This document shows, piece by piece, positions 14,001 to 29,182 of a DNA stretch of 64,000 nucleotides. The notes under the pieces were generated by a model that was not told the origin of the DNA, did no database searches, and saw only the letters and a list, made by a program, of their open reading frames with translations. The stretch lies in assembly GCA_964057225.1 (NCBI GenBank), contig OZ059900.1, forward strand, positions 8,370,001 to 8,434,000. The letters are read 5' to 3'. The first letter of the stretch is position 1. The number at the start of each line of letters is the position of its first letter. Both the position numbers and the translations under genes were made by a program. Source of the DNA: Auanema rhodensis (taxonomy: Eukaryota; Animalia; Nematoda).

Positions 14001-15647
14001 TTATTGGTTTTTTGGGGTTTGAAGGGCATTTTGGCTAAATCAGTCAAACTTTTGATCTTAAGCATATTTTTTTCTTCTAAAACGACTAAATGTATGAAAT
14101 ACTTTCATAGAATGTTCATATAGGTGTATTTTGCACGAATATCAAAACTGATTGAAATATGGGCCTTTTTATGCTCAAAACGCCATATATTCAACGATTT
14201 TGGGTACAAAACATGTGAAAACTGTATGTTTTGATCAGACCCTTTGAGATATGGATTTGAAATTCAGGATTCATAAACTTTGACTATTTTTACATATATA
14301 TGTCCAATTTTAACCACTTTGGTCAAAAAGGACCGAAAATATCAAGAATTATTGGTTTTTTGGGGTTTGAAGGGCATTTTGGCTAAATCAGTCAAACTTT
14401 TGATCTTAAGCATATTTTTTTCTTCTAAAACGACTAAATGTATGGAATACTGTCATAGAATGTTGATATAAGTGTATTTTGCACGAATATCAAAACTGAT
14501 TGAAATATGGGCCTTTTTATGCTCAAAACGCCATATATTCAACGATTTTGGGTACAAAACATGTGAAAACTGTATGTTTTGATCAGACCCTTTGAGATAT
14601 GGATTTGAAATTCAGGATTCATAAACTTCGACTATTTCTACATATATATGTCCAATTTTAACCACTTTGGTCAAAAAGGACCGAAAATATCAAGAATTAT
14701 TGGTTTTTTGGGGTTTGAAGGGCATTTTGGCTAAATCAGTCAAACTTTTGATCTTAAGCATATTTTTTTCTTCTAAAACGACTAAATGTATGAAATACTG
14801 TCATAGAATGTTCATATAGGTGTATTTTGCACGAATATCAAAACTGATTGAAATATGGGCCTTTTTATGCTCAAAACGCCATATATTCAACGATTTTGGG
14901 TACAAAACATGTGAAAACTGTATGTTTTGATCAGACCCTTTGAGATATGGATTTGAAATTCAGGATTCATAAACTTTGACTATTTTCACATATATATGTT
15001 CAATTTTAACCACTTTGGTCAAAAAGGACCGAAAATATCAAGAATTATTGGTTTTTTGGGGTTTGAAGGGCATTTTGGCTAAATCAGTCAAACTTTTGGC
15101 ATATTTTTTTCTTCTAAAACGACTAAATGTTAGGAATACTGTCATAGAATGTTGATATAGGTGTATTTTGCACGAATATCAAAACTGATTGAAATATGGG
15201 CCTTTTTATGCTCAAAACGCCATATATTCAACAATTTTGGGTACAAAACATGTGAAAACTGTATGTTTTGATCAGACCCTTTGAGATATGGATTTGAAAT
15301 TCAGGATTCATAAACTTTGACTATTTTCACATATATATGTTCAATTTTAACCACTTTGGTCAAAAAGGACCGAAAATATCAAGAATTATTGGTTTTTTGG
15401 GGTTTGAAGGACATTTTGGCTAAATCAGTCAAACTTTTGATCTTAAGCATATTTTCTTCTTCTAAAACGACTAAATGTATGAAATACTGTCATAGAATGT
15501 TCATATAGGTGTATTTTGCACGAATATCAAAACTGATTGAAATATGGGCCTTTTTATGCTCAAAACGCCATATATTCAACGATTTTGGGTACAAAACATG
15601 TGAAAACTGTATGTTTTGATCAGACCCTTTGAGATATGGATTTGAAA
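8006..15647 (+). repeat. 11-mer higher-order repeat (3821 bp x2)
   Basis: The ordered variant series repeats at 3821 = 11x348-7 (8023/11844, 9067/12888, 10111/13932, 10459/14280, 11496/15317). Confidence 0.93.
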
Positions 15648-17729
15648 TTCAGGATTCATAAACTTTGACTATTTTCACATATATATGTTCAATTTTAACC
15701 ATTTTGGTCAAAAAGGACCGAAAATATCAAGAATTATTGGTTTTTTGGGGTTTGAAGGACATTTTGGCTAAATCAGTCAAACTTTTGATCTTAAGCATAT
15801 TTTTTTCTTCTAAAACGACTAAATGTATGAAATACTGTCATAGAATGTTCATATAGGTGTATTTTGCACGAATATCAAAACTGATTGAAATATGGGCCTT
15901 TTTATGCTCAAAACGCCATATATTCAACGATTTTGGGTACAAAACATGTGAAAACTGTATGTTTTGATCAGACCCTTTGAGATATGGATTTGAAATTCAG
16001 GATTTATAAACTTTGACTATTTTCACATATATATGTTCAATTTCAACCACTTTGGTCAAAAAGGACCGAAAATATCAAGAATTATTGGTTTTTTGGGGAT
16101 TGAAGGGCATTTTGGCAAAATCAGTCAAACTTTTGATCTTAAGCATATTTTTTTCTTCTAAAACGACTAGATGTATGGAATACTGTCATAGAATGTTGAT
16201 ATAGGTGTATTTTGCACGAATATCGAAACTGATTGAAATATGGGCCTTTTTATGCTCAAAACGCCATATATTCAACGATTTTGGGTACAAAACATGTGAA
16301 AACTGTATGTTTTGATCAAACCCTTTGAGATATGGATTTGAAATTCAGGATTCATAAACTTCGACTATTTCTACAAATATATGTCCAATTTTAACCACTT
16401 TGGTCAAAAAGGACCGAAAATATCAAGAATTATTGGTTTTTTGGGGTTTGAAGGGCATTTTGGCAAAATCAGACAAACTTTTGATCTTAAGCATATTTTT
16501 TTCTTCTAAAACGACTAAATGTATGAAATACTGTCAAAGAATGTTCATATAGGTGTATTTTGCACGAATATCAAAACTGATTGAAATATGGGCCTTTTTA
16601 TGCTCAAAACGCCATATATTCAACAATTTTGGGTACAAAACATGTGAAAACTATATGTTTTGATCAGACCCTTTAAAGATATGGATTTGAAATTCAGGAT
16701 TCATAAACTTCGACTATTTCTACATATATATGTCCAATTTTAACCACTTTGGTCAAAAAGGACCGAAAATATCAAAAATTATTGGTTTCTTGGGGTTTGA
16801 AGGGCATTTTGGCAAAATCAGTCAAACTTTTGATCTTAAGCATATTTTTTTCTTCTAAAACGACTAAATGTTAGGAATACTGTCATAGAATGTTGATATA
16901 GGTGTATTTTGCACGAATATCAAAACTGATTGAAATATGGGCCTTTTTATGCTCAAAACGCCATATATTCAACGATTTTGGGTACAAAACATGTGAAAAC
17001 TGTATGTTTTGATCAGACCCTTTGAGATATGGATTTGAAATTCAGGATTCATAAACTTTGACTATTTTCACATATATATGTTCAATTTTAACCACTTTGG
17101 TCAAAAAGGACCGAAAATATCAAGAATTATTGGTTTTTTGGGGTTTGAAGGGCATTTTGGCTAAATCAGTCAAACTTTTGGCATATTTTTTTCTTCTAAA
17201 ACGACTAAATGTTAGGAATACTGTCATAGAATGTTGATATAGGTGTATTTTGCACGAATATCAAAACTGATTGAAATATGGGCCTTTTTATGCTCAAAAC
17301 GCCATATATTCAACAATTTTGGGTACAAAACATGTGAAAACTGTATGTTTTGATCAGACCCTTTGAGATATGGATTTGAAATTCAGGATTCATAAACTTT
17401 GACTATTTTCACATATATATGTTCAATTTTAACCACTTTGGTCAAAAAGGACCGAAAATATCAAGAATTATTGGTTTTTTGGGGTTTGAAGGACATTTTG
17501 GCTAAATCAGTCAAACTTTTGATCTTAAGCATATTTTCTTCTTCTAAAACGACTAAATGTATGAAATACTGTCATAGAATGTTCATATAGGTGTATTTTG
17601 CACGAATATCAAAACTGATTGAAATATGGGCCTTTTTATGCTCAAAACGCCATATATTCAACGATTTTGGGTACAAAACATGTGAAAACTGTATGTTTTG
17701 ATCAGACCCTTTGAGATATGGATTTGAAA

Positions 17730-20700
17730 TTCAGGATTCATAAACTTTGACTATTTTCACATATATATGTTCAATTTTAACCACTTTGGTCAAAAAGGAC
17801 CGAAAATATCAAGAATTATTGGTTTTTTGGGGTTTGAAGGACATTTTGGCTAAATCAGTCAAACTTTTGATCTTAAGCATATTTTTTTCTTCTAAAACGA
17901 CTAAATGTATGAAATACTGTCATAGAATGTTCATATAGGTGTATTTTGCACGAATATCAAAACTGATTGAAATATGGGCCTTTTTATGCTCAAAACGCCA
18001 TATATTCAACGATTTTGGGTACAAAACATGTGAAAACTGTATGTTTTGATCAGACCCTTTGAGATATGGATTTGAAATTCAGGATTTATAAACTTTGACT
18101 ATTTTCACATATATATGTTCAATTTTAACCACTTTGGTCAAAAAGGACCGAAAATATCAAGAATTATTGGTTTTTTGGGGATTGAAGGGCATTTTGGCAA
18201 AATCAGTCAAACTTTTGATCTTAAGCATATTTTTTTCTTCTAAAACGACTAGATGTATGGAATACTGTCATAGAATGTTGATATAGGTGTATTTTGCACG
18301 AATATCGAAACTGATTGAAATATGGGCCTTTTTATGCTCAAAACGCCATATATTCAACGATTTTGGGTACAAAACATGTGAAAACTGTATGTTTTGATCA
18401 AACCCTTTGAGATATGGATTTGAAATTCAGGATTCATAAACTTCGACTATTTCTACAAATATATGTCCAATTTTAACCACTTTGGTCAAAAAGGACCGAA
18501 AATATCAAGAATTATTGGTTTTTTGGGGTTTGAAGGACATTTTGGCTAAATCAGTCAAACTTTTGATCTTAAGCATATTTTTTTCTTCTAAAACGACTAA
18601 ATGTTAGGAATACTGTCATAGAATGTTGATATAGGTGTATTTTGCACGAATATCAAAACTGATTGAAATATGGGCCTTTTTATGCTCAAAACGCCATATA
18701 TTCAACGATTTTGGGTACAAAACATGTGAAAACTGTATGTTTTGATCAGAGCCTTTGAGATATGGATTTGAAATTCAGGATTCATAAACTTTGACTATTT
18801 TTACATAAATATGTTCAATTTTAACCACTTTGGTCAAAAAGGACCGAAAATATCAAGAATTATTGGTTTTTTGGGGTTTGAAGGGCATTTTGGCAAAATC
18901 AGTCAAACTTTTGATCTTAAGCATATTTTTTTCTTCTAAAACGACTAAATGTTAGGAATACTGTCATAGAATGTTGATATAGGTGTATTTTGCACGAATA
19001 TCAAAACTGATTGAAATATGGGCCTTTTTATGCTCAAAACGCCATATATTCAACGATTTTGGGTACAAAACATGTGAAAACTGTATGTTTTGATCAGACC
19101 CTTTGAGATATGGATTTGAAATTCAGGATTCATAAACTTTGACTATTTTCACATATATATGTTCAATTTTAACCACTTTGGTCAAAAAGGACCGAAAATA
19201 TCAAGAATTATTGGTTTTTTGGGGTTTGAAGGGCATTTTGGCTAAATCAGTCAAACTTTTGGCATATTTTTTTCTTCTAAAACGACTAAATGTTAGGAAT
19301 ACTGTCATAGAATGTTGATATAGGTGTATTTTGCACGAATATCAAAACTGATTGAAATATGGGCCTTTTTATGCTCAAAACGCCATATATTCAACAATTT
19401 TGGGTACAAAACATGTGAAAACTGTATGTTTTGATCAGACCCTTTGAGATATGGATTTGAAATTCAGGATTCATAAACTTTGACTATTTTCACATATATA
19501 TGTTCAATTTTAACCACTTTGGTCAAAAAGGACCGAAAATATCAAGAATTATTGGTTTTTTGGGGTTTGAAGGACATTTTGGCTAAATCAGTCAAACTTT
19601 TGATCTTAAGCATATTTTCTTCTTCTAAAACGACTAAATGTATGAAATACTGTCATAGAATGTTCATATAGGTGTATTTTGCACGAATATCAAAACTGAT
19701 TGAAATATGGGCCTTTTTATGCTCAAAACGCCATATATTCAACGATTTTGGGTACAAAACATGTGAAAACTGTATGTTTTGATCAGACCCTTTGAGATAT
19801 GGATTTGAAATTCAGGATTCATAAACTTTGACTATTTTCACATATATATGTTCAATTTTAACCACTTTGGTCAAAAAGGACCGAAAATATCAAGAATTAT
19901 TGGTTTTTTGGGGTTTGAAGGACATTTTGGCTAAATCAGTCAAACTTTTGATCTTAAGAATATTTTCTTCTTCTAAAACGACTAAATGTATGAAATACTG
20001 TCATAGAATGTTCATATAGGTGTATTTTGCACGAATATCAAAACTGATTGAAATATGGGCCTTTTTATGCTCAAAACGCCATATATTCAACGATTTTGGG
20101 TACAAAACATGTGAAAACTGTATGTTTTGATCAGACCCTTTGAGATATGGATTTGAAATTCAGGATTCATAAACTTTGACTATTTTCACATATATATGTT
20201 CAATTTTAACCACTTTGGTCAAAAAGGACCGAAAATATCAAGAATTATTGGTTTTTTGGGGTTTGAAGGACATTTTGGCTAAATCAGTCAAACTTTTGAT
20301 CTTAAGCATATTTTTTTCTTCTAAAACGACTAAATGTATGAAATACTGTCATAGAATGTTCATATAGGTGTATTTTGCACGAATATCAAAACTGATTGAA
20401 ATATGGGCCTTTTTATGCTCAAAACGCCATATATTCAACGATTTTGGGTACAAAACATGTGAAAACTGTATGTTTTGATCAGACCCTTTGAGATATGGAT
20501 TTGAAATTCAGGATTTATAAACTTTGACTATTTTTACATATATATGTTCAATTTTAACCACTTTGGTCAAAAAGGACCGAAAATATCAAGAATTATTGGT
20601 TTTTTGGGGATTGAAGGGCATTTTGGCAAAATCAGTCAAACTTTTGATCTTAAGCATATTTTTTTCTTCTAAAACGACTAGATGTATGGAATACTGTCAT

Positions 20701-23700
20701 AGAATGTTGATATAGGTGTATTTTGCACGAATATCAAAACTGATTGAAATATGGGCCTTTTTCTGCTCAAAACGCCATATATTCAACGATTTTGGGTACA
20801 AAACATGTGAAAACTGTATGTTTTGATCAGACTCTTTGAGATATGGATTTGAAATTCAGGATTCATAAACTTTGACTATTTTCACATATATATGTCCAAT
20901 TTTAACCACTTTGGTCAAAAAGGACCGAAAATATCAAGAATTATTGGTTTTTTGGGGTTTGAAGGGCATTTTGGCAAAATCAGACAAACTTTTGATCTTA
21001 AGCATATTTTTTTCTTCTAAAACGACTAAATGTATGAAATACTGTCAAAGAATGTTCATATAGGTGTATTTTGCACGAATATCAAAACTGATTGAAATAT
21101 GGGCCTTTTTATGCTCAAAACGCCATATATTCAACAATTTTGGGTACAAAACATGTGAAAACTGTATGTTTTGATCAAACCCTTTGAGATATGGATTTGA
21201 AATTCAGGATTCATAAACTTCGACTATTTCTACAAATATATGTCCAATTTTAACCACTTTGGTCAAAAAGGACCGAAAATATCAAGAATTATTGGTTTTT
21301 TGGGGTTTGAAGGGCATTTTGGCAAAATCAGACAAACTTTTGATCTTAAGCATATTTTTTTCTTCTAAAACGACTAAATGTATGAAATACTGTCAAAGAA
21401 TGTTCATATAGGTGTATTTTGCACGAATATCAAAACAGATTGAAATATGGGCCTTTTTATGCTCAAAACGCCATATATTCAACAATTTTGGGTACAAAAC
21501 ATGTGAAAACTATATGTTTTGATCAGACCCTTTAAAGATATGGATTTGAAATTCAGGATTCATAAACTTCGACTATTTCTACATATATCTGTCCAATTTT
21601 AACCACTTTGGTCAAAAAGGACCGAAAATATCAAAAATTATTGGTTTCTTGGGGTTTGAAGGGCATTTTGGCAAAATCAGTCAAACTTTTGATCTTAAGC
21701 ATATTTTTTTCTTCTAAAACGACTAAATGTTAGGAATACTGTCATAGAATGTTGATATAGGTGTATTTTGCACGAATATCAAAACTGATTGAAATATGGG
21801 CCTTTTTATGCTCAAAACGCCATATATTCAACGATTTTGGGTACAAAACATGTGAAAACTGTATGTTTTGATCAGACCCTTTGAGATATGGATTTGAAAT
21901 TCAGGATTCATAAACTTTGACTATTTTCACATATATATGTTCAATTTTAACCACTTTGGTCAAAAAGGACCGAAAATATCAAGAATTATTGGTTTTTTGG
22001 GGTTTGAAGGGCATTTTGGCTAAATCAGTCAAACTTTTGGCATATTTTTTTCTTCTAAAACGACTAAATGTTAGGAATACTGTCATAGAATGTTGATATA
22101 GGTGTATTTTGCACGAATATCAAAACTGATTGAAATATGGGCCTTTTTATGCTCAAAACGCCATATATTCAACAATTTTGGGTACAAAACATGTGAAAAC
22201 TATATGTTTTGATCAGACCCTTTAAAGATATGGATTTGAAATTCAGGATTCATAAACTTCGACTATTTCTACATATATCTGTCCAATTTTAACCACTTTG
22301 GTCAAAAAGGACCGAAAATATCAAAAATTATTGGTTTCTTGGGGTTTGAAGGGCATTTTGGCAAAATCAGTCAAACTTTTGATCTTAAGCATATTTTTTT
22401 CTTCTAAAACGACTAAATGTTAGGAATACTGTCATAGAATGTTGATATAGGTGTATTTTGCACGAATATCAAAACTGATTGAAATATGGGCCTTTTTATG
22501 CTCAAAACGCCATATATTCAACGATTTTGGGTACAAAACATGTGAAAACTGTATGTTTTGATCAGACCCTTTGAGATATGGATTTGAAATTCAGGATTCA
22601 TAAACTTTGACTATTTTCACATATATATGTTCAATTTTAACCACTTTGGTCAAAAAGGACCGAAAATATCAAGAATTATTGGTTTTTTGGGGTTTGAAGG
22701 ACATTTTGGCTAAATCAGTCAAACTTTTGATCTTAAGCATATTTTTTTCTTCTAAAACGACTAAATGTATGAAATACTGTCATAGAATGTTCATATAGGT
22801 GTATTTTGCACGAATATCAAAACTGATTGAAATATGGGCCTTTTTATGCTCAAAACGCCATATATTCAACGATTTTGGGTACAAAACATGTGAAAACTGT
22901 ATGTTTTGATCAGACCCTTTGAGATATGGATTTGAAATTCAGGATTTATAAACTTTGACTATTTTCACATATATATGTTCAATTTTAACCACTTTGGTCA
23001 AAAAGGACCGAAAATATCAAGAATTATTGGTTTTTTGGGGATTGAAGGGCATTTTGGCAAAATCAGTCAAACTTTTGATCTTAAGCATATTTTTTTCTTC
23101 TAAAACGACTAGATGTATGGAATACTGTCATAGAATGTTGATATAGGTGTATTTTGCACGAATATCGAAACTGATTGAAATATGGGCCTTTTTATGCTCA
23201 AAACGCCATATATTCAACGATTTTGGGTACAAAACATGTGAAAACTGTATGTTTTGATCAAACCCTTTGAGATATGGATTTGAAATTCAGGATTCATAAA
23301 CTTCGACTATTTCTACAAATATATGTCCAATTTTAACCACTTTGGTCAAAAAGGACCGAAAATATCAAGAATTATTGGTTTTTTGGGGTTTGAAGGACAT
23401 TTTGGCTAAATCAGTCAAACTTTTGATCTTAAGCATATTTTTTTCTTCTAAAACGACTAAATGTATGAAATACTGTCATAGAATGTTCATATAGGTGTAT
23501 TTTGCACGAATATCAAAACTGATTGAAATATGGGCCTTTTTATGCTCAAAACGCCATATATTCAACGATTTTGGGTACAAAACATGTGAAAACTGTATGT
23601 TTTGATCAGAGCCTTTGAGATATGGATTTGAAATTCAGGATTCATAAACTTTGACTATTTTTACATAAATATGTTCAATTTTAACCACTTTGGTCAAAAA

Positions 23701-25460
23701 GGACCGAAAATATCAAGAATTATTGGTTTTTTGGGGTTTGAAGGGCATTTTGGCAAAATCAGTCAAACTTTTGATCTTAAGCATATTTTTTTCTTCTAAA
23801 ACGACTAAATGTTAGGAATACTGTCATAGAATGTTGATATAGGTGTATTTTGCACGAATATCAAAACTGATTGAAATATGGGCCTTTTTATGCTCAAAAC
23901 GCCATATATTCAACGATTTTGGGTACAAAACATGTGAAAACTGTATGTTTTGATCAGACCCTTTGAGATATGGATTTGAAATTCAGGATTCATAAACTTT
24001 GACTATTTTCACATATATATGTTCAATTTTAACCACTTTGGTCAAAAAGGACCGAAAATATCAAGAATTATTGGTTTTTTGGGGTTTGAAGGGCATTTTG
24101 GCTAAATCAGTCAAACTTTTGGCATATTTTTTTCTTCTAAAACGACTAAATGTTAGGAATACTGTCATAGAATGTTGATATAGGTGTATTTTGCACGAAT
24201 ATCAAAACTGATTGAAATATGGGCCTTTTTATGCTCAAAACGCCATATATTCAACAATTTTGGGTACAAAACATGTGAAAACTGTATGTTTTGATCAGAC
24301 CCTTTGAGATATGGATTTGAAATTCAGGATTCATAAACTTTGACTATTTTCACATATATATGTTCAATTTTAACCACTTTGGTCAAAAAGGACCGAAAAT
24401 ATCAAGAATTATTGGTTTTTTGGGGTTTGAAGGACATTTTGGCTAAATCAGTCAAACTTTTGATCTTAAGCATATTTTCTTCTTCTAAAACGACTAAATG
24501 TATGAAATACTGTCATAGAATGTTCATATAGGTGTATTTTGCACGAATATCAAAACTGATTGAAATATGGGCCTTTTTATGCTCAAAACGCCATATATTC
24601 AACGATTTTGGGTACAAAACATGTGAAAACTGTATGTTTTGATCAGACCCTTTGAGATATGGATTTGAAATTCAGGATTCATAAACTTTGACTATTTTCA
24701 CATATATATGTTCAATTTTAACCACTTTGGTCAAAAAGGACCGAAAATATCAAGAATTATTGGTTTTTTGGGGTTTGAAGGACATTTTGGCTAAATCAGT
24801 CAAACTTTTGATCTTAAGAATATTTTCTTCTTCTAAAACGACTAAATGTATGAAATACTGTCATAGAATGTTCATATAGGTGTATTTTGCACGAATATCA
24901 AAACTGATTGAAATATGGGCCTTTTTATGCTCAAAACGCCATATATTCAACGATTTTGGGTACAAAACATGTGAAAACTGTATGTTTTGATCAGACCCTT
25001 TGAGATATGGATTTGAAATTCAGGATTCATAAACTTTGACTATTTTCACATATATATGTTCAATTTTAACCACTTTGGTCAAAAAGGACCGAAAATATCA
25101 AGAATTATTGGTTTTTTGGGGTTTGAAGGACATTTTGGCTAAATCAGTCAAACTTTTGATCTTAAGCATATTTTTTTCTTCTAAAACGACTAAATGTATG
25201 AAATACTGTCATAGAATGTTCATATAGGTGTATTTTGCACGAATATCAAAACTGATTGAAATATGGGCCTTTTTATGCTCAAAACGCCATATATTCAACG
25301 ATTTTGGGTACAAAACATGTGAAAACTGTATGTTTTGATCAGACCCTTTGAGATATGGATTTGAAATTCAGGATTTATAAACTTTGACTATTTTTACATA
25401 TATATGTTCAATTTTAACCACTTTGGTCAAAAAGGACCGAAAATATCAAGAATTATTGGT
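17730..25460 (+). repeat. Block duplication of about 8 monomers at a 14-mer (4860 bp) offset
   Basis: Matching monomers 17747/22607, 18095/22955, 19480/24340, 19828/24688, 20176/25036. The rare cagagcc variant occurs at ~18750 and ~23610. Confidence 0.88.
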
Positions 25461-28400
25461 TTTTTGGGGTTTGAAGGGCATTTTGGCAAAATCAGACAAA
25501 CTTTTGATCTTAAGCATATTTTTTTCTTCTAAAACGACTAAATGTATGAAATACTGTCAAAGAATGTTCATATAGGTGTATTTTGCACGAATATCAAAAC
25601 TGATTGAAATATGGGCCTTTTTATGCTCAAAACGCCATATATTCAACAATTTTGGGTACAAAACATGTGAAAACTGTATGTTTTGATCAAACCCTTTGAG
25701 ATATGGATTTGAAATTCAGGATTCATAAACTTCGACTATTTCTACAAATATATGTCCAATTTTAACCACTTTGGTCAAAAAGGACCGAAAATATCAAGAA
25801 TTATTGGTTTTTTGGGGTTTGAAGGGCATTTTGGCAAAATCAGACAAACTTTTGATCTTAAGCATATTTTTTTCTTCTAAAACGACTAAATGTATGAAAT
25901 ACTGTCAAAGAATGTTCATATAGGTGTATTTTGCACGAATATCAAAACTGATTGAAATATGGGCCTTTTTATGCTCAAAACGCCATATATTCAACAATTT
26001 TGGGTACAAAACATGTGAAAACTATATGTTTTGATCAGACCCTTTAAAGATATGGATTTGAAATTCAGGATTCATAAACTTCGACTATTTCTACATATAT
26101 CTGTCCAATTTTAACCACTTTGGTCAAAAAGGACCGAAAATATCAAAAATTATTGGTTTCTTGGGGTTTGAAGGGCATTTTGGCAAAATCAGTCAAACTT
26201 TTGATCTTAAGCATATTTTTTTCTTCTAAAACGACTAAATGTTAGGAATACTGTCATAGAATGTTGATATAGGTGTATTTTGCACGAATATCAAAACTGA
26301 TTGAAATATGGGCCTTTTTATGCTCAAAACGCCATATATTCAACGATTTTGGGTACAAAACATGTGAAAACTGTATGTTTTGATCAGACCCTTTGAGATA
26401 TGGATTTGAAATTCAGGATTCATAAACTTTGACTATTTTCACATATATATGTTCAATTTTAACCACTTTGGTCAAAAAGGACCGAAAATATCAAGAATTA
26501 TTGGTTTTTTGGGGTTTGAAGGGCATTTTGGCTAAATCAGTCAAACTTTTGGCATATTTTTTTCTTCTAAAACGACTAAATGTTAGGAATACTGTCATAG
26601 AATGTTGATATAGGTGTATTTTGCACGAATATCAAAACTGATTGAAATATGGGCCTTTTTATGCTCAAAACGCCATATATTCAACAATTTTGGGTACAAA
26701 ACATGTGAAAACTGTATGTTTTGATCAGACCCTTTGAGATATGGATTTGAAATTCAGGATTCATAAACTTTGACTATTTTCACATATATATGTTCAATTT
26801 TAACCACTTTGGTCAAAAAGGACCGAAAATATCAAGAATTATTGGTTTTTTGGGGTTTGAAGGACATTTTGGCTAAATCAGTCAAACTTTTGATCTTAAG
26901 CATATTTTCTTCTTCTAAAACGACTAAATGTATGAAATACTGTCATAGAATGTTCATATAGGTGTATTTTGCACGAATATCAAAACTGATTGAAATATGG
27001 GCCTTTTTATGCTCAAAACGCCATATATTCAACGATTTTGGGTACAAAACATGTGAAAACTGTATGTTTTGATCAGACCCTTTGAGATATGGATTTGAAA
27101 TTCAGGATTCATAAACTTTGACTATTTTCACATATATATGTTCAATTTTAACCACTTTGGTCAAAAAGGACCGAAAATATCAAGAATTATTGGTTTTTTG
27201 GGGTTTGAAGGACATTTTGGCTAAATCAGTCAAACTTTTGATCTTAAGAATATTTTCTTCTTCTAAAACGACTAAATGTATGAAATACTGTCATAGAATG
27301 TTCATATAGGTGTATTTTGCACGAATATCAAAACTGATTGAAATATGGGCCTTTTTATGCTCAAAACGCCATATATTCAACGATTTTGGGTACAAAACAT
27401 GTGAAAACTGTATGTTTTGATCAGACCCTTTGAGATATGGATTTGAAATTCAGGATTCATAAACTTTGACTATTTTCACATATATATGTTCAATTTTAAC
27501 CACTTTGGTCAAAAAGGACCGAAAATATCAAGAATTATTGGTTTTTTGGGGTTTGAAGGACATTTTGGCTAAATCAGTCAAACTTTTGATCTTAAGCATA
27601 TTTTTTTCTTCTAAAACGACTAAATGTATGAAATACTGTCATAGAATGTTCATATAGGTGTATTTTGCACGAATATCAAAACTGATTGAAATATGGGCCT
27701 TTTTATGCTCAAAACGCCATATATTCAACGATTTTGGGTACAAAACATGTGAAAACTGTATGTTTTGATCAGACCCTTTGAGATATGGATTTGAAATTCA
27801 GGATTTATAAACTTTGACTATTTTTACATATATATGTTCAATTTTAACCACTTTGGTCAAAAAGGACCGAAAATATCAAGAATTATTGGTTTTTTGGGGT
27901 TTGAAGGGCATTTTGGCAAAATCAGACAAACTTTTGATCTTAAGCATATTTTTTTCTTCTAAAACGACTAAATGTATGAAATACTGTCAAAGAATGTTCA
28001 TATAGGTGTATTTTGCACGAATATCAAAACTGATTGAAATATGGGCCTTTTTATGCTCAAAACGCCATATATTCAACAATTTTGGGTACAAAACATGTGA
28101 AAACTGTATGTTTTGATCAAACCCTTTGAGATATGGATTTGAAATTCAGGATTCATAAACTTCGACTATTTCTACAAATATATGTCCAATTTTAACCACT
28201 TTGGTCAAAAAGGACCGAAAATATCAAGAATTATTGGTTTTTTGGGGTTTGAAGGGCATTTTGGCAAAATCAGACAAACTTTTGATCTTAAGCATATTTT
28301 TTTCTTCTAAAACGACTAAATGTATGAAATACTGTCAAAGAATGTTCATATAGGTGTATTTTGCACGAATATCAAAACTGATTGAAATATGGGCCTTTTT

Positions 28401-29182
28401 ATGCTCAAAACGCCATATATTCAACAATTTTGGGTACAAAACATGTGAAAACTATATGTTTTGATCAGACCCTTTAAAGATATGGATTTGAAATTCAGGA
28501 TTCATAAACTTCGACTATTTCTACATATATCTGTCCAATTTTAACCACTTTGGTCAAAAAGGACCGAAAATATCAAAAATTATTGGTTTCTTGGGGTTTG
28601 AAGGGCATTTTGGCAAAATCAGTCAAACTTTTGATCTTAAGCATATTTTTTTCTTCTAAAACGACTAAATGTTAGGAATACTGTCATAGAATGTTGATAT
28701 AGGTGTATTTTGCACGAATATCAAAACTGATTGAAATATGGGCCTTTTTATGCTCAAAACGCCATATATTCAACGATTTTGGGTACAAAACATGTGAAAA
28801 CTGTATGTTTTGATCAGACCCTTTGAGATATGGATTTGAAATTCAGGATTCATAAACTTTGACTATTTTCACATATATATGTTCAATTTTAACCACTTTG
28901 GTCAAAAAGGACCGAAAATATCAAGAATTATTGGTTTTTTGGGGTTTGAAGGGCATTTTGGCTAAATCAGTCAAACTTTTGGCATATTTTTTTCTTCTAA
29001 AACGACTAAATGTTAGGAATACTGTCATAGAATGTTGATATAGGTGTATTTTGCACGAATATCAAAACTGATTGAAATATGGGCCTTTTTATGCTCAAAA
29101 CGCCATATATTCAACAATTTTGGGTACAAAACATGTGAAAACTGTATGTTTTGATCAGACCCTTTGAGATATGGATTTGAAA
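24323..29182 (+). repeat. 7-mer higher-order repeat (2430 bp x2, apparently identical copies)
   Basis: 24340/26770/29200, 24688/27118, 25384/27814. Period 2430 = 7x348-7+1. Confidence 0.93.
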
